Position numbers and translations under genes: made by a program. The notes beneath the pieces were generated by a model. It was not told where the DNA came from. It did not search any database and saw nothing but the letters and a program-made list of their open reading frames with translations. DNA of 64,000 nt from an uncultured Chloroflexia bacterium (GTDB lineage Bacteria; Chloroflexota; Limnocylindria; Limnocylindrales; CSP1-4). The DNA lies in contig CAWHXD010000019.1 of the NCBI GenBank assembly GCA_963833225.1, positions 374,075 to 438,074 of the forward strand, read 5' to 3'. Of this stretch, positions 47,599-56,937 are shown piece by piece; positions within the stretch are counted from its first letter, which is position 1; every line of letters starts with the position of its first letter.

Positions 47599-48921
47599 TT
47601 ATGCCTTGGCCAGCCGCATGGCGACGTCGACCCACTCCCAGAGCCGTCGTGCGTCGTAGCGGATCGTGCTGACGTCCTTGAGGATCAGCTCCACCGGTGT
47701 CCCGGTGCGCCGGCACGCGTCGATCGTTGCCTGGAGCTCCTTCTCGACTGCCTCGGGCTCCCAGCTGTCCATCGCGAGGAGCGCCGGGTTGGGCTTGCGC
47801 GAGAACACGAAGTCGGGACCCATGCTCTCCGCGCCACGGTCCACGTTGACCCACGGGCACATCGAGATCTTCCGGACGTTGGGGATCTCCCGGATGATGT
47901 CGATCCGCCGGTCGAGCACGTCGCAGCAGCCGTAGTAGCCGAGCCCGAACCGCTCGTACCAGCGGACGGTGTACGGGATCTCGTACTCCTTGAACATCGC
48001 CGGCGAGGCGGAGGTGAAGACCTGCGCCATGCCCATCGTCCACAGGTCCTCGGCCCGCGGTCGCTCCGGGTCGAAGCCCTCGTGCGGCAGATCGTCGGTC
48101 CAGGCCGGCGTGCAGTGGACCGTGGACATCGAGTGCCCGAGCAGGCCCTGCGCCTCCATCTGGTCGAGCATGCCGAGATACGCGGTCACCAGGCGGTCGA
48201 TGATCCGGCGCGTATGGTCCGGGCGATCCGCCATGTCGATCAGGATGGCCTCCGCGCCTCGCCAGAACTCGATGGTGTCCCAGAAGTTCGCCCCGCCCGC
48301 CAGCAGCTCCGTCGGCCAGTCGTGCACCAGGGCCCGCGTCTCGGGCTGGGACTCGAGGCCGGGCCACTGGTTGGTGCTCGGCACCCAGCCCTGGAGACGG
48401 ACGGGCAGCACGCCGTCGAAGATGTCGTGCGCCTGGGCCTCGATCCGGGCGGTCTCCTCGGCATCGAGCCAGACCTTCGGGGTCCGGATCTTGTCGGCGT
48501 CCGACTCGTTCGCGAGCTGGTCGATGAAGTGGTGGGAGACGATGTCGTTGCGGGCGTCGACGGCCTCGGTCTCCTCGACCATCTCGATCCCGAAGCCATC
48601 CAGGCGGAGGACCTTCGGGATGAGCAGCACCGGCTCGACCACCATGTCCGCGCGTATGTGCTCCCAGCGATACAGGGTGCGGCGAAGATCGATCTCGAGC
48701 CCGCGATTGAATGGGTCCGTGCACTGGTTGACCAGCATCGGATCATCGGCCAGCTCGTGCCAGGGCAGCTGGTCCAGCGCCACCATCGGGCGCTGCGGAT
48801 GCAGGTCGTTGACCGCCTTCCAGAGCGAGATGGTCTCCTGCTGGACGGGCAGCGCCGCGATCTCGGCGACGCGGCTTCCGAGCTCCCGCAGGATCTCGCG
48901 GTCCCGGGCTACCCCGGCCAT
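47599..48921 (-). CDS. URO-D-family methyltransferase, substrate:corrinoid (MT-I) type candidate (440 aa)
   Basis: The ATG at 48921 follows GGAGGAG. The C-terminal YGCCDVLDRRIDIIREIPNVRKISMCPW is an MtaA/URO-D-like block. It is first in the operon. Confidence 0.7.
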   Translation of the reverse strand: MAGVARDREILRELGSRVAEIAALPVQQETISLWKAVNDLHPQRPMVALDQLPWHELADDPMLVNQCTDPFNRGLEIDLRRTLYRWEHIRADMVVEPVLLIPKVLRLDGFGIEMVEETEAVDARNDIVSHHFIDQLANESDADKIRTPKVWLDAEETARIEAQAHDIFDGVLPVRLQGWVPSTNQWPGLESQPETRALVHDWPTELLAGGANFWDTIEFWRGAEAILIDMADRPDHTRRIIDRLVTAYLGMLDQMEAQGLLGHSMSTVHCTPAWTDDLPHEGFDPERPRAEDLWTMGMAQVFTSASPAMFKEYEIPYTVRWYERFGLGYYGCCDVLDRRIDIIREIPNVRKISMCPWVNVDRGAESMGPDFVFSRKPNPALLAMDSWEPEAVEKELQATIDACRRTGTPVELILKDVSTIRYDARRLWEWVDVAMRLAKA

Positions 48922-49218
48922 ATGCCACTCCTCCAGGACGCCTGTATCGTCAACCCTGGGCCGCCGCGGGCCCGTCCGCGACACCTCAAGGGTGCAAGAC
49001 TACCATAATCGGCCGTTGGTATATCGATTTTTCGCGCCATTCGTGGCACCATTCAGGCACCGCGACGTGCGTGACCCGGGCGATCTCCGCACGAATGGGG
49101 AGGACATGAGCCAGACGCTGACAAGGCACCCGGATACGGTGAATGGAGGACCGATGGTTCGTCATGGGCCAGAAGTCACGCGTGATAGCGATCCCAGCCA
49201 CTGCTCGCTGGCCGATCC

Positions 49219-50508
49219 ATGCCCGGCCACGAGGCCCGGGCTGTGACCCCGGCCACGGTCCGCCTCGCCTTTGGTCGAGATGGCCTCGAGATCGACGTGC
49301 CGGCCGGCGTGGACGTGCTCCTGCCACGGGCCCGGGTACCGCTCGCCGACCCTGGGGCGGCGCTCCGGGCGGCGCTGGCCGCGCCGGCGACGGCCCATCC
49401 GCTGCCGGAGCTGGCGCCGATCGGCAGCACCGTGGCGGTGAGCGTCTGTGACGTCACGCGTCCGTTTCCATCGCGGGTGGTCCTCCCGGTGCTCCTCGAT
49501 CAGCTCCCGGGCCGGCACGTGCGGCTGGTGATCGCCACCGGAAGTCATCGCGCGTGCACGGACCGGGAGCTCGAGGCGATGCTCGGACCCCGGGTTCTCG
49601 CCAGGTGCGAGGTGGTCCAGCATGATGCGGATGACCCTGCCGCCCATGTCACGCTGGGAACGGTGCCCGGCTCGGATGTGCCGGCCCGCGTCGATCGCCG
49701 GTTCATCGAGGCGGATGTCCGGGTCACGCTGGGATTCGTGGAGCCCCACTTCTTCGCGGGGTTCTCCGGCGGACCCAAGATGGTGGTTCCCGGCCTGGCC
49801 GGCATCGACACCATCCGCGAGCTGCATTCGGTGGCCCGGATCGCCAGCCCCCACGCGACGTGGGGCGTGCTCGACGGCAACCCGGTCCATGATCCGATCC
49901 GGGCGATTGCCGCCCGCGCCGGCGTGGACTTCGCGCTCGACGTCGCGCTCGACGAGGGGAACCGGATCTCCGCCGTCTTCTCGGGGTCGCTGGAGGCCGA
50001 GCACCGCGAGGCATGCGCCGACGTCCGCCAGACGGCAATGGTCGGCGTCGCGGAGCCGTACGACGTCGTCGTCACGACCAACAGCGGGTATCCGCTGGAC
50101 CAGAACCTCTACCAGTGCGTGAAGGGCCTCAAGGCCGCGGCGGGGATCGTGCGCGACGGTGGCACGATCATCCTGGCTGCGGCCTGCGAGGACGGGCTGC
50201 CAGCCCACGGCCGCTACGCGCACCTGCTGGCGAGCGCGCCCGGACCGGCCGAGTTCCTCGCGGCCCTCTCCCGAGGGGAGATCTCGGAGCGGGACCAGTG
50301 GCAGGTGCAGGTGCAGGCGGGGATCCAGGCGCGCGCTCGCGTCCTCGCCCACACGCCCGGCCTGGGCGCCGAGGATCTGCGGAGGGCGTGGCTTCAGGCG
50401 GCGGATGACGTGGCGGTCGCCCTGCGGGACGCCCTCGCGGTGGCCGGTCCGGGGGCGCGTGCGGCGATCCTGCCAGTCGGTCCCCAGACGATCGCGTATG
50501 TGACCTGA
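49219..50508 (+). CDS. LarA-family protein (nickel-pincer-nucleotide-dependent lactate racemase / 2-hydroxy-acid epimerase family, DUF2088)
   Basis: 429 aa. The family N-terminus (VRLAFGRDGLEIDVP...VAVSVCDVTRP...LVIATGSHRACT) is present. The start may be an internal GTG about 25 nt downstream. Confidence 0.75.
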   Translation: MPGHEARAVTPATVRLAFGRDGLEIDVPAGVDVLLPRARVPLADPGAALRAALAAPATAHPLPELAPIGSTVAVSVCDVTRPFPSRVVLPVLLDQLPGRHVRLVIATGSHRACTDRELEAMLGPRVLARCEVVQHDADDPAAHVTLGTVPGSDVPARVDRRFIEADVRVTLGFVEPHFFAGFSGGPKMVVPGLAGIDTIRELHSVARIASPHATWGVLDGNPVHDPIRAIAARAGVDFALDVALDEGNRISAVFSGSLEAEHREACADVRQTAMVGVAEPYDVVVTTNSGYPLDQNLYQCVKGLKAAAGIVRDGGTIILAAACEDGLPAHGRYAHLLASAPGPAEFLAALSRGEISERDQWQVQVQAGIQARARVLAHTPGLGAEDLRRAWLQAADDVAVALRDALAVAGPGARAAILPVGPQTIAYVT

Positions 50509-50576
50509 GCCCGTTCGTTTGACATGCCAACGTCCGCTGTCTACCGTGGACAAACGTTGTTTCAGAGGAGCCGACC

Positions 50577-51446
50577 TTGACCGTCATCGACGCCCACCAG
50601 CACTTCTGGAACCCGAGCCGCGTCGCCTATGACTGGCTGGGACCGGATCTGGGCCCGATCAACCGGGCCATCGAGTTTGCGGACCTGGAGCCGCTGCTTG
50701 CGGCCACGGGCGTGGAACGCACGGTCCTCGTCCAGTCGGCGGACAACGCAGCCGACACCGACTTCATGTTCGAGATCGCGGCCGCGCACCCCGAGATCGC
50801 GGCCGTGGTCGGCTGGGTCCCACTCGATGATCCGGTTGCCACGGCGGAGCGCCTCCCGGTGTTGCTCGCGAACCCGGTGTTCGCCGGGATCCGCAACCTG
50901 ATCCATACGCAGCCCGATCCCGACTGGCTGCTGAGGCCCGACGTGGATGAGTCCCTGGGCCTCCTCGCTGCCCGGGACGTGCCGTTCGACGTCGTATCGG
51001 TCCTGCCCCGGCACCTGGAGCACGTCCCGACCCTGTCCGAGCGACACCCCGAGCTCCGGATGGTCATCGACCATCTCTCCAAGCCGCCCATCAAGGCCGC
51101 GAGCGACGAGCCCTGGCGGTCCCTCATCGCTCGCGCGGCCGAGAACCCGCTCGTGTTCGCCAAGGTCTCGGGTCTGTACCCGTCCGTCGGCGACATGGCC
51201 GCCTGGACAGCGGACGACGTGCGGCCCTATCTGCACACGGCCCTCGAGCTGTTCGGCGCCAAGCGCCTCATGTTCGGTGGCGACTGGCCGATCTCGGTGC
51301 TGGCCGGTGGGTACGTGCGGGTGTGGGAGAACCTGAGCAGCCTGTTCGACGAGCTGTCGGCCGAAGACCGGGAAGCCATCCTGGGTGGGACCGCGGCGCA
51401 GTTCTATGGAATCCCGGCGGGCCGGCTCCCGGGAGGCGGCGCGTGA
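50577..51446 (+). CDS. Amidohydrolase-2-family sugar lactonase (L-fucono / L-rhamnono-lactonase-like)
   Basis: 289 aa. MTVIDAHQHFW...DWL is the Amidohydro_2 metal-site N-terminus and a conserved ...HL..P motif follows. Its TGA overlaps the next gene (GTGA). Confidence 0.75.
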   Translation: MTVIDAHQHFWNPSRVAYDWLGPDLGPINRAIEFADLEPLLAATGVERTVLVQSADNAADTDFMFEIAAAHPEIAAVVGWVPLDDPVATAERLPVLLANPVFAGIRNLIHTQPDPDWLLRPDVDESLGLLAARDVPFDVVSVLPRHLEHVPTLSERHPELRMVIDHLSKPPIKAASDEPWRSLIARAAENPLVFAKVSGLYPSVGDMAAWTADDVRPYLHTALELFGAKRLMFGGDWPISVLAGGYVRVWENLSSLFDELSAEDREAILGGTAAQFYGIPAGRLPGGGA

Positions 51447-52525
51447 TCACGCGGTTTGATCCCGTCGCCGAGGCCTGCCGGATCGAGGTCCCCGACGCCC
51501 ATCGACGGCCGATCGCCATCGTCGGCGCCGGCGCCATCGTGGACTTCGCGCACCTGCCGGCCTATCGCGCCGCCGGCCTCGAGGTTGCCGGGATCCACAA
51601 CCACCATCCCGCGCGGGCCGTCGACGTGGCCGGCCGTCACGGTGTGCCGCGGGTCTACGAGACGCTCGAGGACCTGCTTGGCGACGACCGGGTCGAGGTG
51701 GTGGACGTCGCCGTGTCCGCGGCCGCCCAGCCCGAGATCGTGCGCCGGGCGCTCGAATCGGGGCGCCACGTGCTAGCCCAGAAGCCGTTCGCACCGGATC
51801 CGGCCACCGGCCAGGCGCTGGTGGACCTCGCCGAGTCGCGCGGGCTGGTCCTGGTCGTGAACCAGCAGCTCCGCTTCGACGAGGGGATGGCCGCGGCCCA
51901 CCGGATGGTCGAGCTGGGCTGGATCGGCGACGTCACCGCGATGTCGATCACGGTCAACATCTGGACGGACTGGCATTCCTGGCCATGGATGCTCGAGACA
52001 CCCCGGCTGGAGGTGATGGTCCATTCGATCCACTATCACGACGTGATCCGCTGGTTCCTGGGCGAGCCGTCGCTCGTGTTCAGCGTCGGAGGCCGCACGC
52101 CGGGCCAGGCGCCCGTCGGGGAGACGCGGACCGTGACCACGTCCACCTATCCGTCCGGCGCGATCTCCGTGGTCCACGCCAACCACGAGAACGGCACCGG
52201 TGACAACCTCGCGACGTTCCGCATCGATGGCTCGCGGGGTGCGATCCGGGGCACCCTGGGCCTGCTCTACGACTACCCCAGCGGGCGGCCGGACACCCTG
52301 GAGATCAGCAGCGAGGTGCTGCCGACTGACGGCTGGGTCCCCTATCCGGTGGGCTCACGCTGGCTGCCCGACGCGTTCCTGGGGCCTATGGCGTCGCTGC
52401 TGCGGGCGGTCGCCACCGGGTCCACGCCCCGTTCCAGCGGCCGCGACAACGTGGGCACGCTGCGGCAGATCCAGCGGATCTACGAATCGATGGAGCGGGG
52501 AGCGGCGGTCCGGGTCGAGGGCTGA
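51443..52525 (+). CDS. Gfo/Idh/MocA-family NAD(P)-dependent oxidoreductase
   Basis: The GTG at 51443 follows GGGAGG. The 360-aa product has an N-terminal Rossmann domain (IAIVGAGAI...HVLAQKP). Confidence 0.8.
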   Translation: MITRFDPVAEACRIEVPDAHRRPIAIVGAGAIVDFAHLPAYRAAGLEVAGIHNHHPARAVDVAGRHGVPRVYETLEDLLGDDRVEVVDVAVSAAAQPEIVRRALESGRHVLAQKPFAPDPATGQALVDLAESRGLVLVVNQQLRFDEGMAAAHRMVELGWIGDVTAMSITVNIWTDWHSWPWMLETPRLEVMVHSIHYHDVIRWFLGEPSLVFSVGGRTPGQAPVGETRTVTTSTYPSGAISVVHANHENGTGDNLATFRIDGSRGAIRGTLGLLYDYPSGRPDTLEISSEVLPTDGWVPYPVGSRWLPDAFLGPMASLLRAVATGSTPRSSGRDNVGTLRQIQRIYESMERGAAVRVEG

Positions 52526-52536
52526 GCCGGCGCCGA

Positions 52537-52998
52537 TCAGGCGGGTGCCGACCCGCGCTTCTCGACGACGTACAGGTGGACGAGGACGAGCACCACCTCG
52601 CCGGCCTGGTTGGTCACGGTCACCGTCTCCTCGACCATGCCCAGCGCCTCGGGTCGCCGGCGGTGGTCGGCCAGGCCCGTGATCTCGGCTCGCACCGTGA
52701 TCGTGTCACCGATGAACACGGGCCGCACGAACCGGACCCGATCGTAGCCGTAGCTCATCGCCCGGGGGTTGATGTCGCCCGCCGTCATGCCCACGGCCAT
52801 CGACATCACGAGCGTGCCATGTGCCATCCGGCGCTCGAAGGCCTGCGTGGCGCACCACTCGGCGTCCATGTGGTGGGGGAAGAAGTCGCCGGTCTGCCCG
52901 GCGTGCAGGACGATGTCGGCCTCGGTCACGGTCCGGCCCGTGGTCGTCCGGCTGGTGCCGGTGACGTAGTCCTCGAAGAACGCCTCAACCGTGTTCAT
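52537..52998 (-). CDS. MaoC-like (hotdog-fold) dehydratase
   Basis: 153 aa with an N-terminal hotdog block ([28 protein letters not shown]). Confidence 0.75.
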   Translation of the reverse strand: MNTVEAFFEDYVTGTSRTTTGRTVTEADIVLHAGQTGDFFPHHMDAEWCATQAFERRMAHGTLVMSMAVGMTAGDINPRAMSYGYDRVRFVRPVFIGDTITVRAEITGLADHRRRPEALGMVEETVTVTNQAGEVVLVLVHLYVVEKRGSAPA

Positions 52999-54143
52999 GT
53001 CGCGGTCTCCTCCTCCCGTGCCCGGGCGACCACCCGGTCGGCCGCCTCCAGGCAGGCCGCGTCGGTCAGCTCACCGCGCAGGGCCCGGTTGACCAGCCCG
53101 CCCACCTCGTCCTGGACCTGCAGCCAGCCATCGAACCGGGGCCGCACCCAGGCGCCGTCCAGCGTCCGCCGCGTGCCGCGGAAGAACCCCAGGCTGTCGG
53201 CGTCGACCGCCTCGTCGTCCCAGGCGTCGATGTTGGCCGGCTGGCCGCCGCTGGCGTAGTAGACGCCGCGCTGGACCTCGCCGCTCGCGAGCCAGAAGGC
53301 ATGGTCGACGGCAATCTCCGGCTGCGGCGAGAAGGCCGACACCGCGATCCCGGCGCCACCCAGGCAGGAGCCGGCGACGCCCCGGGGACCGGCGGGCATG
53401 TCCACGTAGGCGAGGCGGTGGGCACGGAACCCGGCACGGCTGTAGTTCGTATAGCCGAAGGCGAGCGGCGCGTAGCACCAGCGATCATCAGTGGCGAGGC
53501 GTTCCGCAGCCTGGATCGGGTTCTCGTCGAGGCATGCCGGATCGACCAGCTCCGCGAGGTGGTGCAGGTCCTCGAGGATGCCCTCGCCGTCCCCGCGGGC
53601 GATGAACCCGTCCCCGGCGATCGCGGCGCCGCGGTTTGCCGCGAGCGTCAGGAAGCTCGAGATGGCGTCCACCGGCTTGGCCGGCCAGACGACCCTGCCC
53701 GTGCGTGCGAGCTCGAGCACCTCGTCCCACGTCTTCGGCGGCACGGGCAGCAGATCGGGGCGATGGATGGCCACCTGGGCCGCGGCATCGATCGCGAGGC
53801 CGTACTGGTGACCGGCGTGCGCATAGGTCGCGTGTGACGGGCCGACGGCCTGCGTCGCGAGGGCCGCAAGCTCCACGTCACGACCGCACGTGTCGAGCGC
53901 GGCGAGGAGCCCGGCTGTCGCCGCGTGCGGGATGTGCGGATGGTCGATCACCATCAGGTCGTACGTCCGGGCGAGGGTCTCGAGCGGCTGGTCGGCGAAC
54001 CCCTGGAGCGATCGGGCCTCCCACTCCACCCGCACGCCGGGGTGGAGCGAGCTGTAGGCCTCCGCCGCCCCCCGCACGCTGTCCAGGCCGCGCGGATGGT
54101 CCCACGTCATGCCTCGGAGAACCGCCGGCAGCGGATCGCTCAT
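52995..54143 (-). CDS. Solute-binding-protein-like protein without a signal peptide (cytoplasmic SBP_bac_8-like); function unknown
   Basis: The internal ATG at 54143 overlaps the CoA-transferase stop. There is no hydrophobic N-terminus. Confidence 0.5.
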   Translation of the reverse strand: MSDPLPAVLRGMTWDHPRGLDSVRGAAEAYSSLHPGVRVEWEARSLQGFADQPLETLARTYDLMVIDHPHIPHAATAGLLAALDTCGRDVELAALATQAVGPSHATYAHAGHQYGLAIDAAAQVAIHRPDLLPVPPKTWDEVLELARTGRVVWPAKPVDAISSFLTLAANRGAAIAGDGFIARGDGEGILEDLHHLAELVDPACLDENPIQAAERLATDDRWCYAPLAFGYTNYSRAGFRAHRLAYVDMPAGPRGVAGSCLGGAGIAVSAFSPQPEIAVDHAFWLASGEVQRGVYYASGGQPANIDAWDDEAVDADSLGFFRGTRRTLDGAWVRPRFDGWLQVQDEVGGLVNRALRGELTDAACLEAADRVVARAREEETAT

Positions 54144-55360
54144 GCGCCCGCCGCGTCGTCGATGGGACGGAGGTCCAGCTCCGCGTCGATGGACGCCGTG
54201 TGCTCGCCCAGCCGCGGGGCGCCCCGGTCGCCGCCCAGCGTGCCGTGGTCGATCCGCAGCGGGCTCCGGGTCGTGTGCAGGGTCACCTCGCCGTCGCCCG
54301 TAGCCGAGGGCCGTCGCACCACCCGGTCCATCGCCAGGGCATGGAACCCCTCGTGGCCGACGAGATCGGGCAGCGTGAGCACGGGAGCGCACCACACGTC
54401 CGCCGGCTCCAGGATGTCGAGCCAGTCGCGGGTCGGGCGCGTGGACAGGTGGGCCGCCAGCAGGTCCTCGATCCGCTCCCGCTCCGTCCACCACGTCTCG
54501 GGGTCGCCGAATGCCGACAGGGCATCGAGCCCGATGAGCTCGCCGAGCCGCGGCACCGAGTTCATCGCGAGCGCGAGGTACCCGTCCGCGGTGGGGTAGA
54601 CGCCGTACGGGGCGGCGAGGAAGGCGTTGGCCCCGTGCGGTCCACCGCGGTCAACGAGCACCGACGGATCGTTCAGGTGGGCGCTGAGGAGCTCGAACTG
54701 GAGGTCGAGCATTCCCTCCATCAGGCTGGTCTCCACCAGGCCACCCTTGCCGGTGCGCTCACGGCGCAGGAGCAGCGCCGTGATGCCCTGCGCCAGGTGG
54801 ACCGAGGCGAGCAGGTCCGCGATCGACAGCCCGACCGGCACCGGCCCGTGGTCCCGGCTCCCGCTGAGCCACGGCAGGCCCGACATCGACTGCGCGAGCA
54901 GGTCCTGGCCGGGCAGGTCGCGCCACGGCCCATCGGGCCCGTAGCCGCTCACGCTCCCGTAGACCAGGCGCGGGTTGAGCGCCCGCGCGGATTCGAAGTC
55001 CAGCCCGATGCGCTCCATGACCCCCGGCCGGAAGTTCTGGATGAGCACGTCGGCGCGGGCCACGAGCCGGCGGATGGCCGCCAGGTCGGACGCGTTCTTG
55101 AGGTCGGCGGCGTAGCTCTCCTTGCCGCGGTTCATGATCTGGAACGAGAGGGTGTCGCCGTCGAGGAACTTGCCGGCGAAGGCGAGCGTGCGCCCGATGT
55201 CGCCGACCCCGGGACGCTCGATCTTGATCACCCGGGCCCCGAGATCGGACAGCCGCATCGCGGCGACGGGCCCGGCGAGGAACTGGCTGAAGTCGAGGAC
55301 CAGGATGCCGTCCAACGGCGGGATCGGCACCTTCCGGGCTCCCTCGCGTGCGGCACCCAT
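54140..55360 (-). CDS. Family III CoA-transferase (CaiB/BaiF family)
   Basis: The ATG at 55360 follows GGGAGGAG at spacing 5. LDGILVLDFSQFLAGPVAAMRLSDLGARVIKIE is the family signature. Confidence 0.8.
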   Translation of the reverse strand: MGAAREGARKVPIPPLDGILVLDFSQFLAGPVAAMRLSDLGARVIKIERPGVGDIGRTLAFAGKFLDGDTLSFQIMNRGKESYAADLKNASDLAAIRRLVARADVLIQNFRPGVMERIGLDFESARALNPRLVYGSVSGYGPDGPWRDLPGQDLLAQSMSGLPWLSGSRDHGPVPVGLSIADLLASVHLAQGITALLLRRERTGKGGLVETSLMEGMLDLQFELLSAHLNDPSVLVDRGGPHGANAFLAAPYGVYPTADGYLALAMNSVPRLGELIGLDALSAFGDPETWWTERERIEDLLAAHLSTRPTRDWLDILEPADVWCAPVLTLPDLVGHEGFHALAMDRVVRRPSATGDGEVTLHTTRSPLRIDHGTLGGDRGAPRLGEHTASIDAELDLRPIDDAAGA

Positions 55361-55400
55361 CCGTGCTCCTCCCTCGTCGGCTCGGTTCATCACGTCCTCG

Positions 55401-56615
55401 TCAGCTCGCCGATGCCCGCTCGGCGACCGTGACCAGCGGCTGGCAGGCCGGCCCGATGGGCTCGAAGCTCTTGTAGCCGAGGACGAACTCCTGGTGGCCC
55501 ATCTGCTCGCTCGCGGTCTGGCGGCCATCGGCCACGTCACGGACCAGCTGCACGATCTCGGCACCGACCTCCGCCAGGGTTCCCCGGCCCTCGATCACGC
55601 GCCCGGCGTTGACGTCCATGTCGTCGGCCATCCGGGCGTACGTCTCGGGGTTGGCGCAGACCTTGACGATCGGCGAGATCGCGGACCCCACGACCGAGCC
55701 GCGGCCGGTCGTGAACAGGATCATGTGGGCGCCACAGGCCATGAGCTCGGCCGCCTCGGCGTTGTCGTTGATGTTGGGGAAGCCCCACCGCACCTCGCCG
55801 TCCGGGATCACGTCGAGCAGGTAGAGGCCTGGGTGGGCCGGGATGTCGCCGGGCTTGATGATCCCGCTGATGGCTGCCCGGCCGCTCTTGGCATAGGCGC
55901 CCAGGGACTTCTCCTCGATGGTCGTGAGCCCGCCCTCGGCGTTGCCGGCGGCGAAGCTCCCGTGCCCGAGCACGTTGTAGTAGGCCTCCGCCTTGTGCAC
56001 GGCGCCCACGAGGGCCTGGCCCAGGTCCGGGGTGATCGCGCGCTCCGCCATCCGGTACTCGCAGCCGATGAGCTCGCCGGTCTCCTCGAAGATCGCGACC
56101 GCGCCGGCCGCCACCAGCTGGTCGAACGCGAGGCCGACCGCCGGGTTGGCCGTGATGCCGCTGGTGCTGTCGGAGCCCCCGCAGATGGTGCCGATGACCA
56201 GGTCGGAGAGGTCCATCGGCACCCGCGGGACGCTGGCGATCTCGTTGATGGCCTGCCGGACCCAGGCCCGTCCGGCCTCGATCGTGGCTCGCGTGCCACC
56301 CGCGTGCTGGACGACCAGCGTGTGCACCGGGCGGCCGCTCGCCGCGACGGTCCGCGCGAGCTCGGCCCGGTCGAACCCCTCGCAGCCCAGCGAGACGATC
56401 AGCACCGCACCGACGTTGGGATGGGTCGCGAGCCGGTGGAGCATCAGCGCCCCGTAGTCGTTGGGATAGCAGCCGCCGAACCCGATCACGTGGACGTCGT
56501 CCTCGAGCCCGCTCGCGATGCGGGTGGCGACGTGGTGGGAGCACTCGACCGTGTAGATCACCGCGACGACGTTGCGGATGCCCTTGCGGCCGTCGGACCG
56601 GAGGAACCCCTGCAT
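55401..56615 (-). CDS. UxaA-family sugar-acid dehydratase, large catalytic subunit (altronate/galactarate dehydratase-like)
   Basis: 404 aa, collinear with the UxaA C-terminal domain. Confidence 0.8.
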   Translation of the reverse strand: MQGFLRSDGRKGIRNVVAVIYTVECSHHVATRIASGLEDDVHVIGFGGCYPNDYGALMLHRLATHPNVGAVLIVSLGCEGFDRAELARTVAASGRPVHTLVVQHAGGTRATIEAGRAWVRQAINEIASVPRVPMDLSDLVIGTICGGSDSTSGITANPAVGLAFDQLVAAGAVAIFEETGELIGCEYRMAERAITPDLGQALVGAVHKAEAYYNVLGHGSFAAGNAEGGLTTIEEKSLGAYAKSGRAAISGIIKPGDIPAHPGLYLLDVIPDGEVRWGFPNINDNAEAAELMACGAHMILFTTGRGSVVGSAISPIVKVCANPETYARMADDMDVNAGRVIEGRGTLAEVGAEIVQLVRDVADGRQTASEQMGHQEFVLGYKSFEPIGPACQPLVTVAERASAS

Positions 56616-56619
56616 GCGG

Positions 56620-56937
56620 TCAGGCCTCCCCTCGCGCGTGCGTGCGCATGTAGATGCTGGTGAGGTTGTGGGTGTGGATCAGCTCGCCGCGGGTGACCGG
56701 CTGCGTCGTCCGTCCGATGGGCATCCCGTACCGGATCGCGTCGGTTCCCTGGGCGAGGTCCAGGGCAGCGACCTTGAACCCCAGTGGCAGCGGGACCTGC
56801 GTCTCGACGCTGACCCCGTCGACCATCATCCGCTCGCCGGCGGCGATGGCGGCGATCACGATCAGCACGTTGTCCCCGTCCGCGAGCCGGAGCAGCCGGG
56901 GATCGGATCCGCCCGCGTCGCTCACAGGACGTGCCAC
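56620..56937 (-). CDS. SAF-domain small subunit of the UxaA-type dehydratase
   Basis: 105 aa. It lies 4 nt upstream of the large subunit. The split UxaA organisation is a known one. Confidence 0.7.
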   Translation of the reverse strand: MARPVSDAGGSDPRLLRLADGDNVLIVIAAIAAGERMMVDGVSVETQVPLPLGFKVAALDLAQGTDAIRYGMPIGRTTQPVTRGELIHTHNLTSIYMRTHARGEA

